Below are positions 1-12,197 of a stretch of 64,000 nucleotides of DNA, in pieces. The translations under genes were made by a program, and so were the position numbers. Under the pieces are notes generated by a model. The model saw nothing but the letters and a program-made list of their open reading frames with translations, was not told the DNA's origin and made no database searches. Numbering within the stretch: the stretch's first letter is position 1; each line of letters begins with the position of its first letter. Source of the DNA: Heptranchias perlo (taxonomy: Eukaryota); assembly GCF_035084215.1 (NCBI RefSeq), contig NC_090348.1, positions 6,076,001 to 6,140,000 of the forward strand. Reading direction: 5' to 3'.

Positions 1-90
1 TGCGAAAATGGAGTTGAGGTACAGATTAGCCATGATCCAATTGACTGGCGGAGCAGGCTTGAGGGGCTGAATGGCCTACTCCTGTTCCTA
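1..90 (+). mobile_element. 3' tail of a CR1-type LINE
   Basis: gcaggcttgaggggctgaatggcctactcctgttcct tail shared with other CR1 ends in the window. Confidence 0.6.
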
Positions 91-429
91 TAAAGAAAGC
101 AGCACTTCTCAAAGCAGCAGTGCCAAATTCTAATGCTAAACACTGGGACTTATTGTGTTGTGGACGTTTCTACTTTGGAAATACCTGAAGTAGTTTTACT
201 TACAATTGTTACTGTCCATTAGAGAGGAGATTTTTTTTCCCATTTGTGTGGATAGGTTCAGTCCCAGATCCCAGAGATATTTGTGGGTAATGGAATGTCT
301 ATTTTGGTTGTACTGTTCCATTGCATTGCACCTCCTGTGCCCATATTTATGAACTATAGCAATTTTGTGCTGGCAATGCTGAAGGTGTGACTGGGTTCAC
401 GAATGTAGTCTGAATATTAACTTATGAAA

Positions 430-1110
430 AGAAGGGCAAGAAAAGCCCACCTCAGCCAGCCCACAATGAAACCTCGTACACTGCTGACCCACCTATTAAC
501 CACACAATCTTGTGGGAGGGTGAGAAAACTGGAGGAAAAAACCTGTGACAAATTCCGGAAAGTTATTTTTCAGCTCCCAAAGGCCATGGAGTGAGCGCCA
601 GGATATCCCTTTACCCCTCATTATCACTAGCAACTAGCCCTCTATAACTGGAATAACCCTTTTCTCTCAGCAACTTGTCAAGTTCTCTTTTAAAAGGACC
701 GTAGCAATTCCCTGCCACCGCATGTTTCAATAGTTTGTTCAGAAGGCATGACTCTCAAGTACTCACTGGCAATCTAACCTTACTCTTTGCCTACGCATTT
801 TATAGGATGCTTTCTAGTTCTATCATCCCTCTCCATCTCAAGTAACCTATCTAACCGGACTAAGTCCAATCCCTTCATCGTTTTAAAAAGCTCAATCCTG
901 TTCCTTCTTAACCTGCATTTCTCTAAAGCAAAGCCCCTAATTCTTGAAGCCTGTCCTCATAACTGAGAGCTCTAAGGTTAGGTATCTTTCTGGTTGTCCT
1001 GTACTTTCTGTAATGCCTCGATATCCTTCACCAAATGCACTAACTAGAACTGAATACTAATACTCCCATATGTGGACGTACTAGACCCTGACAGAACCTA
1101 AATATAAGAC
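430..1110 (-). mobile_element. Old, decayed CR1-like LINE 3' fragment
   Basis: Degenerate reverse-strand similarity to CR1 ORF2 C-terminus and to the tails at 9250-9470 and 60765-61230. Confidence 0.4.
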
Positions 1111-1120
1111 TTTAGTATCT

Positions 1121-1567
1121 GCCCTGGCTCAGTCGTAGCAATCTTGCCTCTGAGTCAGAAGGTTGTGGGTTCAAGTTCCACTCCAGAGACCTGAGCACAA
1201 AATCCAGGCTGACACTCCAGTGCAGTATGAGGGAATGCTACACTATCAGTGATGCCGTCTTTCGGATGAGATGTTAAACTGAGGCCCTGTCTGCCCCCTC
1301 AGGTGGACGTAAGATCCCATGGCACTTTTTCAAAGAAGAGTAGGGAAGTTCTTCCCGGTGTCCTGGCCAGTATTTATCCCTCAACCAACATCACTAAAAA
1401 AAGATTATCTGGTCATTCTATTGCTGTTTGTGGGATCTTGCTGTGAGCAAATTGATTGCCGCGTTTCCTACATTTTGCAACAGTGACCGTATTTCATTGG
1501 CTGTAAAGTACTATGGGATGTCCTCGGGTCGTGAAAGGTGCTATATAAATGCAAATTTTTCTTTCTT
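1121..1567 (+). mobile_element. DeuSINE (SacSINE1/AmnSINE1-like): tRNA head, Deu domain, L2-like tail
   Basis: A box tggctcagtcg, B box ggttcaagttcc, Deu core ggatgagatgttaaactgaggccctgtctgcc...gatcccatggcac, tail gctatataaatgcaa. Confidence 0.8.
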
Positions 1568-2997
1568 CAATTTGTACTTGATGGTCTGAGCAATACAACC
1601 TAAAATTATTTTCTTATCCTGATAGCCACCTTGCACTTCTTTAATGAATGATCACCTACTAACCCCAGGTCTCTCGATCCATTAACAGGTACCCCTGCAT
1701 GGTATAAATATGCCTCACTTGGAGGTTGATCTTTGTCAGTAGCTATGGTTTGGCATTCCTTCCTTCTGCCTCCTGCTTCTCTTCCTGGTGGATCTAACCT
1801 TGCACATTCCTATACATATACAGGTGTATCCTGAGCTAACTTTGTCCCTCTATTCTCACATACAATTGATGAATATAGCTGATGTGCTTAAAACATTTGC
1901 CAGTATTTGATTAGACTTCTTAAACATTTGAACTTTGACTTAACACTTTTAGTTTAGAAGGTTTTTTTGTTAAGCCTGAAATGCTGCTCCAAAGCCCTTG
2001 TCTAGTTTTCTCCAAACTTTCCTCTTTTTTGGGGGTTAAAAGCACAATCTTTATACTTAATTTCACAAACTAAGGTCCTTTCCCCCACCTATTCCAATGC
2101 CTGACCAATCAAGATGACTCATTGCAAATATTTGTGTTTAGGTCTCAATGACCTTAAATAGACATAGTTCAAGGACTTTTGAGCAAATTTTAACTATTTG
2201 ACAAAAAACAGGCTTGTTAGCTGATAAATTCTTTTTCCTTTCCCAGCCTTAAATAGCAATAAACTAGAAACACCAAATAAAATTGGCTTTCCTTTGGGCC
2301 ACTCCCTGATCTTATCCAGACTTGTAACTCATCCATTATCTCTAAACTTGTAACGTTGACAACCTTGGTCTACCAGTTTCAGGCATTAATTGGAGCCAGC
2401 TGCAAGAGTTGTTTTGTTCTAAGAGTCTGGACATTCCAGAGTACATAATAATTAAGACTCCCCAGAGTGTAGCAGGGTAGCTTAAAACACCATTTGTAAG
2501 ACCAGTTATACAACACCACATGACAGTTACATTTTTCTCATTCTTTTTAATTGAAAGGGACAGTTATTAGACAAGTTATCTTTAAGGTTATCAAAATGAA
2601 ACTATTGGTTAAACATTCCAGGTGAAAAAAAATAGCTTTGTTTGACTTGCCCCACCTGAGTGACCCCTCCGATAGTTGTAGAGGAGCTTTGATGCTGGTC
2701 ATGGAGAAGTCAGTTGGCAAAACCATCTCGCTGTCTTGTCAAATGGTGACCAAAGGAGAAAATTTGGAGAGAGGAATTTGATGTTTGTCAGGAAGTGTCA
2801 CTTAAGTTAATGAAAGGATCATTAGCAGTACGAGTGTGCCGTGATAATCGGACTTAAAGTGCTAAGAGTTAACAGAATAAATGTTAGCGAGCTGAACAGA
2901 CCAGAATGGATATTTGTAAATACAATGTAATTTTTTCCACGCTTAAAATTTAACCATAGGTACATCTGACAGCCACATATGAGACTGAGTTGTCTCC

Positions 2998-5900
2998 ATA
3001 GGAACAGGAGTAGACCATTCAGCCCCTTGAGCCTGTTCCACCATTCAGTCAGATCATGGCTAGTCTTTATCTCAACTCCATTTACCTGCCTTTGATCCAT
3101 AATCCCTTGATATCCTTCCCTAACAAAAATCTTATCGATCTCAGCCTTGAAGGTTCCAATTGACTCATTATCCACAGCCTATTGGGAGGAGAGTTCCAGA
3201 TTTCCACTACACTTTCTGTGAAAAAATGCTTCCTGATTTCACTCCTGAATGGCCTAGCTCTAAATTTAAGATTATGCCCCCTGTTCTGGATTTCTCCCAC
3301 CAATGGAAATAATTTCTCAATATCTACCCTGCCGAATCCTAGATCATCCCTCAACCAGTTAAACTCAAGGGACTGCAAGCCAGGTTTCTACAACCTGTCC
3401 TCATAATTTACTTTTTCAGTCACAGTATCATTCAGATGAATCTGCTATACCCACTGCAAGGCCAGTATATCCTTCCTGAGGTGCAGTGCCCAGAACTGAA
3501 CGCAGTGCTCCAGAAGGGGTTTCACCAAGGCTCTGTACAACTGAAGGATAACATCATTCCTTTTGTATTCCAGCCTCTTGAGATAAAGACAAACATTCCA
3601 ATGGCTTTTTTGATTACTTTTTGTCACTGCCCACCAGCTTTTAGCAATTTGTGTACATGGACGCCCAAATCTCTCTGCTCCTCCACAGTTCCTAGTTTCT
3701 CACCATTAAGAAAATATTCTGATTTATTTTTCTTGGATCCAAACTGGTTGACCTCACGCTTCTCCACATTGAACACCATTTGCTACAGTTTTTCCCACTC
3801 ATTTAATCTGTCTATGTCCCTTTGTAACTTCTTGCTCCCATTTGCACAACTCGCTGTGCCTCCTAACTTAGTCATGATGTGGAGATGCCGGTGATGGACT
3901 GGGGTTGACAATTGTAAACAATTTTACAACACCAAGTTATAGTCCAGCAATTTTATTTTAAATTCACAAGCTTTCGGAGGCTTCCTCCTTCGTCAGGTAA
4001 ATGTTTACCTGAGGAAGGAGGAAGCCTCCGAAAGCTTGTGAATTTAAAATAAAATTGCTGGACTATAACTTGGTGTTGTAAAATTGTTTACAATTCCTAA
4101 CTTAGTGTCATCAACAAATGGATATATAACTCTCTCTTTCTTCATCCAAGTCATTGATAAATATGGTGAAAAGCTGCTGCTCCAATACAGACCCCTGGGG
4201 AACACCACTTGTCACATCCCGACAATCAGAGAACACTCCCTTTACCCCTAATCCACGTCTCCTACCTGCCAACCAATTACCAACCCATAGTATCATAGTA
4301 GGTACAGCACAGGAGGAGGCCATTTAGCCCATCGTGCCTGTGCCGGCTTTTTGAAAGAGCTATCCAATTAGTCCCATTCCCCCGCTCTTTTCTCGTAGCC
4401 CTGTAAATTTTTTCCCTTGAAGTATTTATCTAATTCCCTTTTGAAAGTTACTATTGAATCTGCTTCCACCACTCTTTCAGGCAGTGTATTCCAGATCATT
4501 ACAGCTCAGTGCCTCTGGCTCTTTTGCCGATCACCTTAAATCTGTGTCATCCGGTCACCGACCCTTCTGCCACTGGAAACAGTTTCTCTTTATTTACTGT
4601 ATCAAAACCGTTCATAATCTTGAACACCTCTATCAAATCTCCCCATAACCTTCTCTGTTCTAAGGAGAAACAACCCCAGCTTCTCCAGTCTCATCACATA
4701 ACCGAAGTCCCTCATCCCTGGCACCATTCTTGTAAATTTCTTCAGCACCCTCTCTCTGGCCTTGACATCCTACAGTGTGGTGCCCAGAATTGAACACAAG
4801 GTTGCCTCCAATTTCATTTACTCTCATTTTTGCTAATATTCTCTGGCGCGGAACCTTGCCAAATGCCTTCGGGAAGTCCATGTAGATAACACCCATAGAC
4901 ACTCCCTTATCCACGATGTTAGTGACCTAGATTAGTCAGACATGACCAACCCTTCACAAATCCATGCCGACTCTCTCTGATCAGCTGCTACTTGTCCAAG
5001 TGCTCAGTCACTCTGTCCCTGAAGACAGATACCAGTAACTTCCCACAACTGATGTTAGACTGACAGGTCTGTAGTTATCTGGTTTCTGCCTCTCCCTTAA
5101 ATAGTGCAGTGACATTTACAATTTTCCAATCCAATGGTGCCATTTTTGAATCAAGAGTTTTTTTGGAAATTATGACTTATGCGCCTGCAATTTCCTCACC
5201 TGTTTCTTTTAATACCCTGAGGTGGAAACCATCAGGTCCTGGTGATTTGTTTATCTTAAATCCCATTATTTTCTCCATTACCATTTTGTTACTTATATTA
5301 AATCCAATAAGTTCCTCCCCATGACTTATTTTTAGCTTCCCTTGTACTACTCTGCTGTGAAGATGGATACAAAGTTTAATAAGAATGCCATTTCCTTATT
5401 GTCAATAACAGTATCACCTGCATCCGTCTTTAATGGGCCCACATTCCACTTCACCATTCTCTTTCTCTTAATATATTTATAAAAAATGTTACTGTTAGCT
5501 TTGATATCCCTTGCAAGTTTTTTTTCATATTCCCTTTTTGAAGCTCTTATTATTTTCTTTGTATCCCGTTGTTACTTTTTATAGCTGTCCCAATCCGTTG
5601 TATTTCGACTTATCCATGCATAAGCCTTTTCTTTTAGCTTGATACTGTCTCTTACCTCATTTGTTGACCATCGTTACTTAACTATACAAGTACAGCTTTT
5701 TTGCCTTTTAGGGGTATATACTGGTTTTGTATTATACCAAATTCTTCTTTGAAAACCTCCACTATTTGTCTGTAGCTTACCCATTAACAGTTCAGCCCAG
5801 TTTACTGTGGTCAGCTTATGTCTCATTCCTTCAAAGTTTGCCTTACTTAAATTCAAAACCTTGGTTTGTGACTCTCCCTTCTCCCTCTCAAACTTAACAT

Positions 5901-7370
5901 CAAATTCTATTATGTTATAGTCACGTTGCAAAATGTTCATTTACTACCAGATTGTTAATTAATTCTTGCTCGTTACTCATCATTAAATCTAGTATGGCCT
6001 GTTCCCCTGTCGGCTGTAAAACATATTGTTCCAGAAAATGGTCCCAAATACACTCTAAAAATTTGCTGCCTTTATGACTTGAGCTGTTGCTTCTCCCAGT
6101 CTGTCTGAAAATTAATATCTCCCAGTATAACCGCATTGTTTTTGCAACATGCTTCTCTTATCTTTGTATTTATGCATCCCACTACTACATCACAATCAGG
6201 AGGTCTCCCGCTAGAATTCTGCATCCTTTACTGTTCCTTAGTTCTACCCATACTGTTTCCAATGCCTGCTCACCCTCACTATAAATGCTTCTTTCTACTG
6301 CTGTAATTGTGTCTTTTATCAATATTGCTTCTCCTCCTTTCCCAATTTCCAAGTCCTTTCTAAAAGAGCTTATAGCCTGGAATATTTAGCTCACAGTCAT
6401 GCCCAGGTTTTAGACAGGTCTCTGCAATGGCTACTAGGTGATGCCCTTTAAGCTGAATTTGGGCTTTTAAATTGCTTGTTTTATTCCTTATGCTACATGC
6501 ATTTCTGTACAGCACTCTTATTTGGGTAACTGTCTATTACCTCTATTACTTTTTATATTCTGACCTGTGTTCTTATTCCCTCTTTTTCTTATCATTAGGG
6601 TACTAGTATCTCAACTTGAACCCGCCACACCCACCCAACCCCCCCCCCCCCCCCGGGTACTGGTTCAAAGTCCTTTCTACAGCCCTACTTATCTTTTCTG
6701 CTAGGACCTTGGTTCTAGCCAGGTTCAGGTGCAGCCTGTCCCTGCAGCACTACTCCTTCCTGTCCCAGTACTGGTGCCAGTGTCCCATGAAATAGAACCC
6801 CTCCTTCCCACGCCAATCTTTCAGCCATGCATTCACCTTTCTGATCTGTATCCCTATGCCACTTAGCACGTGGCTCGGGTGGAGATTACCACCTTTGAGG
6901 TCCTGCTTTTTAATTTAGCTCCTAGCTCCTGATACTTCCTTAGCAGGACTTCCTCCCTCTTCCTTCCTATGTCATTGATTCCGACATGGACCATGACAAC
7001 TGGTTCCTCACCCTCCCTTTCCAGCCACTTTGAGATATCCCTTGCCCTGCCAACACACCCTTCTGGACTCTCAGTCGTGACTGAAGAGGATACCCTCTAT
7101 CCCCCTATGTATCAAATCCCCAATAACTACAACCTTTCTGTTCTGCAACCCCTCCCCCCTCTTGAACTGCTTCCTGCCCCACATTGCCCTGGTAAGCATT
7201 CTGGCTGTCCTTTCCACAGCCTTTCTCCATTTCCTGACACGTAGCAAGTACATCGTACCTGTTGGATAGGACCAGATTCTGCGGTTCCTACTTCCCTGCC
7301 AGTCTCACACTCCTCTTCCTGTATCTGTATATCTGTGCATGGTGTGACTGTGTTCTAGATTAAACTATCC
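2998..7370 (-). mobile_element. Long decayed CR1 LINE (ORF1 esterase remnant, APE and RT fragments) with nested insertions
   Basis: ORF fragments [45 protein letters not shown]...KHFFTESVVEIWNS; many stops and frameshifts. Confidence 0.85.
3876..4095. mobile_element. Penelope-like palindromic insertion (92-bp inverted arms) with hammerhead core
   Basis: 3910-4095 is a near-perfect palindrome centred at 4002/4003; flanked by a duplicated cctaacttagt. Confidence 0.7.
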
Positions 7371-8559
7371 AGATATTCATCCCTGCAGCTTAACGACTCT
7401 GTGCCGGAGTGTCTCAAGGCAAAGACGTTTCCCACAGGTGTGGTTATCTGGGACATTGTCATTGTCCACAAATTCCCACGTTCTGCAGTCCCGACACACT
7501 GCCTGTGCTGCTAATATCTATACTATATTTATTTATTGTTTATACGGCAGTTATTTATTTATCTGTAGTGCTAGATGATTTGCCTTTAATGCTAAATTAT
7601 GGATCGACAATAAATTCTGGCCTTGCTAGCGACATCCATATTCCAAGAATGATTTTTTAAAAAGTTACTTCTAATGCTCAGTTTAGTATATTTAGCCTGT
7701 TATAGCTATTTACTTATTTAAAGTTTGTTTTTCACCCTTGCTCATGTATTTTTTAAAATTAAGTAGCCCCTTAATCTCCTATTTAGTTAAAATTACAGTG
7801 GGGATAAATAATTGAACGCTTAGCTTTTATTCCTCGGGCTCTGTCGCTCCCCCCTCTGTGTTGACTATGATGTCACTTTTTTCAAATTCTTCCCTCCATT
7901 TGTTACAGACTTATTCGATGTATGTGAGCATTGAGGGAGGGAGAAGAAACCAGAGGAAATAATAATGAATTGCATATTCTTAGATATGAACAAATACATT
8001 TACAATACAATAAAACTGGTCTTAAAAGTCACAGATACAAACGATCCTGTTTGTCCTAAAATTTTTTAATTAAATCCTACTAATCCTTTTTGGCTGTTAA
8101 CGGCCTCGTGATGTGTTTCTAGCACTGCCTCATCTTGTCCTTGAGGTAACCCAGTTTGAGTTACAGCTAGCTATGGGATTCAAGTCCACACCCATCTGTA
8201 TGGAAGGCCTGCACTTTAATCACTAGATAAACCAAACTGATGTAAGTTCTTATCTGAGACGACAGCCAGGTTCTCTTCCAGTGTATAATGTATGAAGCAA
8301 TTTTATCACAACATCAATTGCACATGTAATCTGTTCAGTATTCACCTTTGTAAACCAACTTCAGCTTTGTCTATTTGCACTATTTCTAGAAAGAAGGACT
8401 TGCATTTAGATAGCGCTTTTCATGACCTCAGGATGTCCCAAAGCGCTTTACAGCCAATGAAGTACTTTGGAAGTGTAGCCAGTATTGTAATGTAGCAATG
8501 TAGGAAATTAATGTTCTGTTTAAAAAACGCTGATGTTTATGTCCTTTTGTATACATCAG

Positions 8560-8738
8560 GTCGATCAGTTTTGTTGGAACAGCCTCGCAAGTCAGGTTCC
8601 AAAGTGATTAGTCACATGCTTTGCAGCCACGGTGGTGAGATTTTCCTGCATGTTTTAAGCAGTGTTCGCTCCATTCTGGAGGACCCCCCATCAATTAGTG
8701 AAGGGTGTGGAGGAAGGGTTACTGATTACAGGATTACG
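8560..8738 (+). CDS. INTS13: INTS13 (Asunder) internal coding exon: (G)[20 protein letters not shown]...GRVTDYRIT
   Basis: Peptide matches recalled vertebrate INTS13; cag|GT acceptor and ACG|gttagt donor; 179 nt, phase 1 to 0. Earlier exons were not found in 1-8559, so they probably lie upstream of the window. Confidence 0.95.
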
Positions 8739-10344
8739 GTTAGTCACTTTGCAAAAATATTTTCTTATTTAATTGATTTTTCATGTCCTGATGTTGAATG
8801 ATAGTGACAGCGTGGACTGCCTGCTTAAAAGCTAAATCAGCAGTGTACAATGAGAAAAACAATGCCTGAACAAACATGTATCCGTACTTTCACAGAATTT
8901 AGCACTATTTTCAAAGGCCTTCAAAACTTTTTACTTTGAAACTGACCACCCACTTCTTGTAAACAAATTCTAGTTCAGCATTGATTGTAAAGAAGCTTTG
9001 TACCAGTGAATTGAATCCCGTAATGCCTTCTTTGACAGCACATAGAGTACATGCAGCGATCCTCAATATATATGGTAGTTGCATTAGCTAATAGGAATAT
9101 GGATGCAGAATAATATTTACCATCACTTCATTTGGTTCTGCATTTTTGGCTTGTATCCACACTGATAACTGAAATTTACTTGAGGCACCTTTTAAGCCAG
9201 AAAATTAGAAACCATGTTTTTATTTGACAGCTTTACCTAGATCCATACAAACATACAAAAATGACAGGTAGGAAAAGACCTACTGGCCCATCCAGCTTGT
9301 CCCACAGTTGTGATGCATCATCACAGTACATATACTCCCCACCCACCCAGAGCCATGTAATTAAAAAGCCCAGACTAATTGGGGGGGAAAAACTAGAAAA
9401 TTCCTCTCCGACCCCCTTAGGCGATCGAATCTAGTCCAGGAGATTGATCACATTGGCCCTGATTTACATTAGCAGATATCTACCTCAAGTATACTAAAGC
9501 ATCTTTGCTAATTTTCGAAGGGGGAAATGGTCGCCAGTTTTCTCTCTTGTTCTCCCCTCCCCAGTACTGAAGTGTCGACTCTGGTTGGGAAATAGCTCCA
9601 CAGGTACCTTCTGGTACCTAGACCAAGCAGCCATTCTTCACATGTGTGAACTCATTGGTTGAGCGTCAGTAGGCTATTTGATTCTGTTCCCACTCATTCC
9701 TCTCTTTGCCCGACCCCTAGACATTGGACTTTCTGGCAGGAGTCACTGGGTATTGATCAGGAATAGGAACCCTGACTGATTTTCCCCTCCCTAGCTCAGT
9801 GGCAGTGTGGCCAATTGTTGAGCCCCTTTGCAATCCCAGCCGACTGAGCACAAACCAAGCATCAGACCTGGGGCCACCTGACTTGTAAGGCTCAGTTGCA
9901 GCCCACCTTTACCAACTGAGCCAGCCGGTTAGCTCCCCTCACTCACTCTTATATTTGATTCTCTGCAAGATACTCCCTGCCTAAGAAATAAATAATGTAC
10001 AGTATAAATTGTACAAGGAGAATCCAAATCGATTGGTTTATTATTACTGTTTCACATCTCCAGCTAGCAAATTAAATTTTTAAATTTTATTATTAATTGT
10101 ACATTACTCTCATTAGTCTTCTAATATTGCTGTTTTGAATGACTTAAGCAGAAGCAATTGTCAGTCTCAGTAAAATCTGATATCATCTGCCTACCCTCCT
10201 TTATTACAGCCAAAGTGGGGGATATAAAACTAATTACTCATCTTAAGAGATTTTATCAGTTCAAGAAAATGTACCACCAATAAACAGTTAAAACCTGTAT
10301 CACATCCAGTGTTCTGGGTTCACAGCACTTTTTTTTGTTGTTAG

Positions 10345-10515
10345 GACTTTGGTGAGTTCATGAGGGAAAACAGATTAGCTCCTGTACTGGAAACACGATA
10401 CATGATGGATGGGAGTATGGAAGTGCCATTGGAGAGGGCCAAGTCCCAGCTTGAGAGACATACACGCTATTGGCCGATGATTATATCTCAAACCACGATC
10501 TTCAACATGCAGGCT
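10345..10515 (+). CDS. INTS13: INTS13 coding exon: DFGEFMRENRL...SQTTIFNMQA
   Basis: ttag|GAC acceptor, GCT|gtaagg donor, 171 nt, phase 0-0; peptide matches INTS13. Confidence 0.96.
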
Positions 10516-11209
10516 GTAAGGAAATTTCTGTTGGCGTTGATTCACATGGCAGTGTAATTTTCACAAGTTGAGCGTGCACGTGGGAGTTCAACCTCAAGTG
10601 ATGGGATTAATGTTCGCCTTGTTTACTCTACAGCTTTCAAAGCATGGGTAACAATGCTATCTTACTAGTTCTGGTTTTTGTCTAACATTCACAATTTCAG
10701 CGTGTGATGCATTCTTCTTAGTAAATACAAAGCCCATAACTTCAGAACGAAAATTAAACTTTTGTCTTCCTTCAGCGAGAGTTTTATAACATACTGTTCA
10801 CACTGTAACAGCATCTTCATCCTGTTGGAAGCTGCAGTTGTCAAATGGTGACCAAGCTGAGAGCATTTCCTTGCAATAATCTGCAACCGGAATTATGAGA
10901 AGCTATTGTTAGGTTTCGACTTCATGCTTTGAGCGATTTTGTTTTCCAGATCTTGTCGGTCACTGTGTCGCAAAATAGATTCTGTTGAGGCCAGGGTTGT
11001 AAATCGCGACTATAAGATTCTTCTTTATACAACAAATCACACCAGTTCTGCAATATGAAGAGTACAGCTATAGGAGCACACCCAACCTCTGACAGTTTCA
11101 GTTTTCACAAGCTAAAAATGACGTAGCAAGCGTCTCTTAAACATCCTACATTTTTTGCAAACAGGTTATTTAGGTAGAACACAAAATGTACCAAGAAGAA
11201 GAAGAAAGA

Positions 11210-11645
11210 CAGGCTTGCATTTACACAGTGTTCTGTCATATTTCTAAAATGTTTCTAGTATTTCACATATAATTCATTATCTTGAATTGGTGTGATTTAT
11301 GGTAGGCAGACATGACAATCATTTAGTGCACAGCTAGATTCCGCAGATAGTAATGGGATGAGTAGCCAGTTGACGTGTTTTTAGTGAGGTTGGAGGAACG
11401 TTGGTCAGTATGCTAAGAGAACTCCCTGCTCTTCAAATAGTGCAATTGAATTTTAACACCCGGCTGATCCACTGCAACAGGCGGAATGAAGCCTCGGTTG
11501 AGTTCGGTACCTTCGACAGTGCAGCACACTCTCAGTCCTACAGTAGAATGTCAGCTTAGATTTTGTGCTCAAGTCCTGTAGTAGAGCTTGAACTTGGAAC
11601 CTTTAACTCAGTGGAATGAATGCTACCAACTGAGCCCAGCTGGCA
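11210..11645 (-). mobile_element. Diverged DeuSINE
   Basis: Reverse-complement tail cttgcattta..., Deu-like core, and head ...ccaactgagcc. Confidence 0.6.
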
Positions 11646-11849
11646 CAAACACAATCTGTAGGTTCTAGTGTTACACTGCGTGTTTGGTGACACTTTAAAC
11701 GTGTCTGCAGAGAAACCAGCCATTGATATTTACCGAAGACGGCGTAGTTCTGTAGTGAACCTTCTCTAGAATCTGGACTCTTTCAGTGCATTGCTGTCCT
11801 GTTATATGGTCTCTTTGCAAGTTTCCACGGGAACGTGATCCAAGTGTCA

Positions 11850-12197
11850 GCAGTGGCTCAGAGGGCCTCTGAATCAGAATGTTGTAGGTTCAAGTCCCAC
11901 TGCAAGACTTGCGCACATAATCTAGGCTGACACTCCAGCGCAGCGCTGAGGGAGTGCTGCACTGTCTGAGATGCTGTCTTTCGGATGAGATATTAAACTG
12001 AGTATCCCTATTCAAAGAAGAGCAGGGGAGTTCTCCCGGGATAAATGTCCTGGCCAACATTTATCCCTCACCCAACACCTTAAAAAGAAAAAGATTGTCT
12101 GGTCATTTATTTCAGTAATGTTTGTGGGACTTTGCTGTGTGCAAATTGGCTGCTGCATTTCCTACATTATAACAGTGACTATGCTCCAAAAAGTACT
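11850..12197 (+). mobile_element. DeuSINE interrupted in its tail by a CR1 (tail resumes at ~14560-14610)
   Basis: Head gtggctcag...gttcaagtccc and Deu core; tail stops at aaaagtactt and resumes at atacttcattgactgtaaagcgctttgg. Confidence 0.75.

Noticed and set aside
1121-1200. tRNA genes at SINE heads
   Set aside because: A/B boxes continue into SINE bodies and no full cloverleaf is evident.
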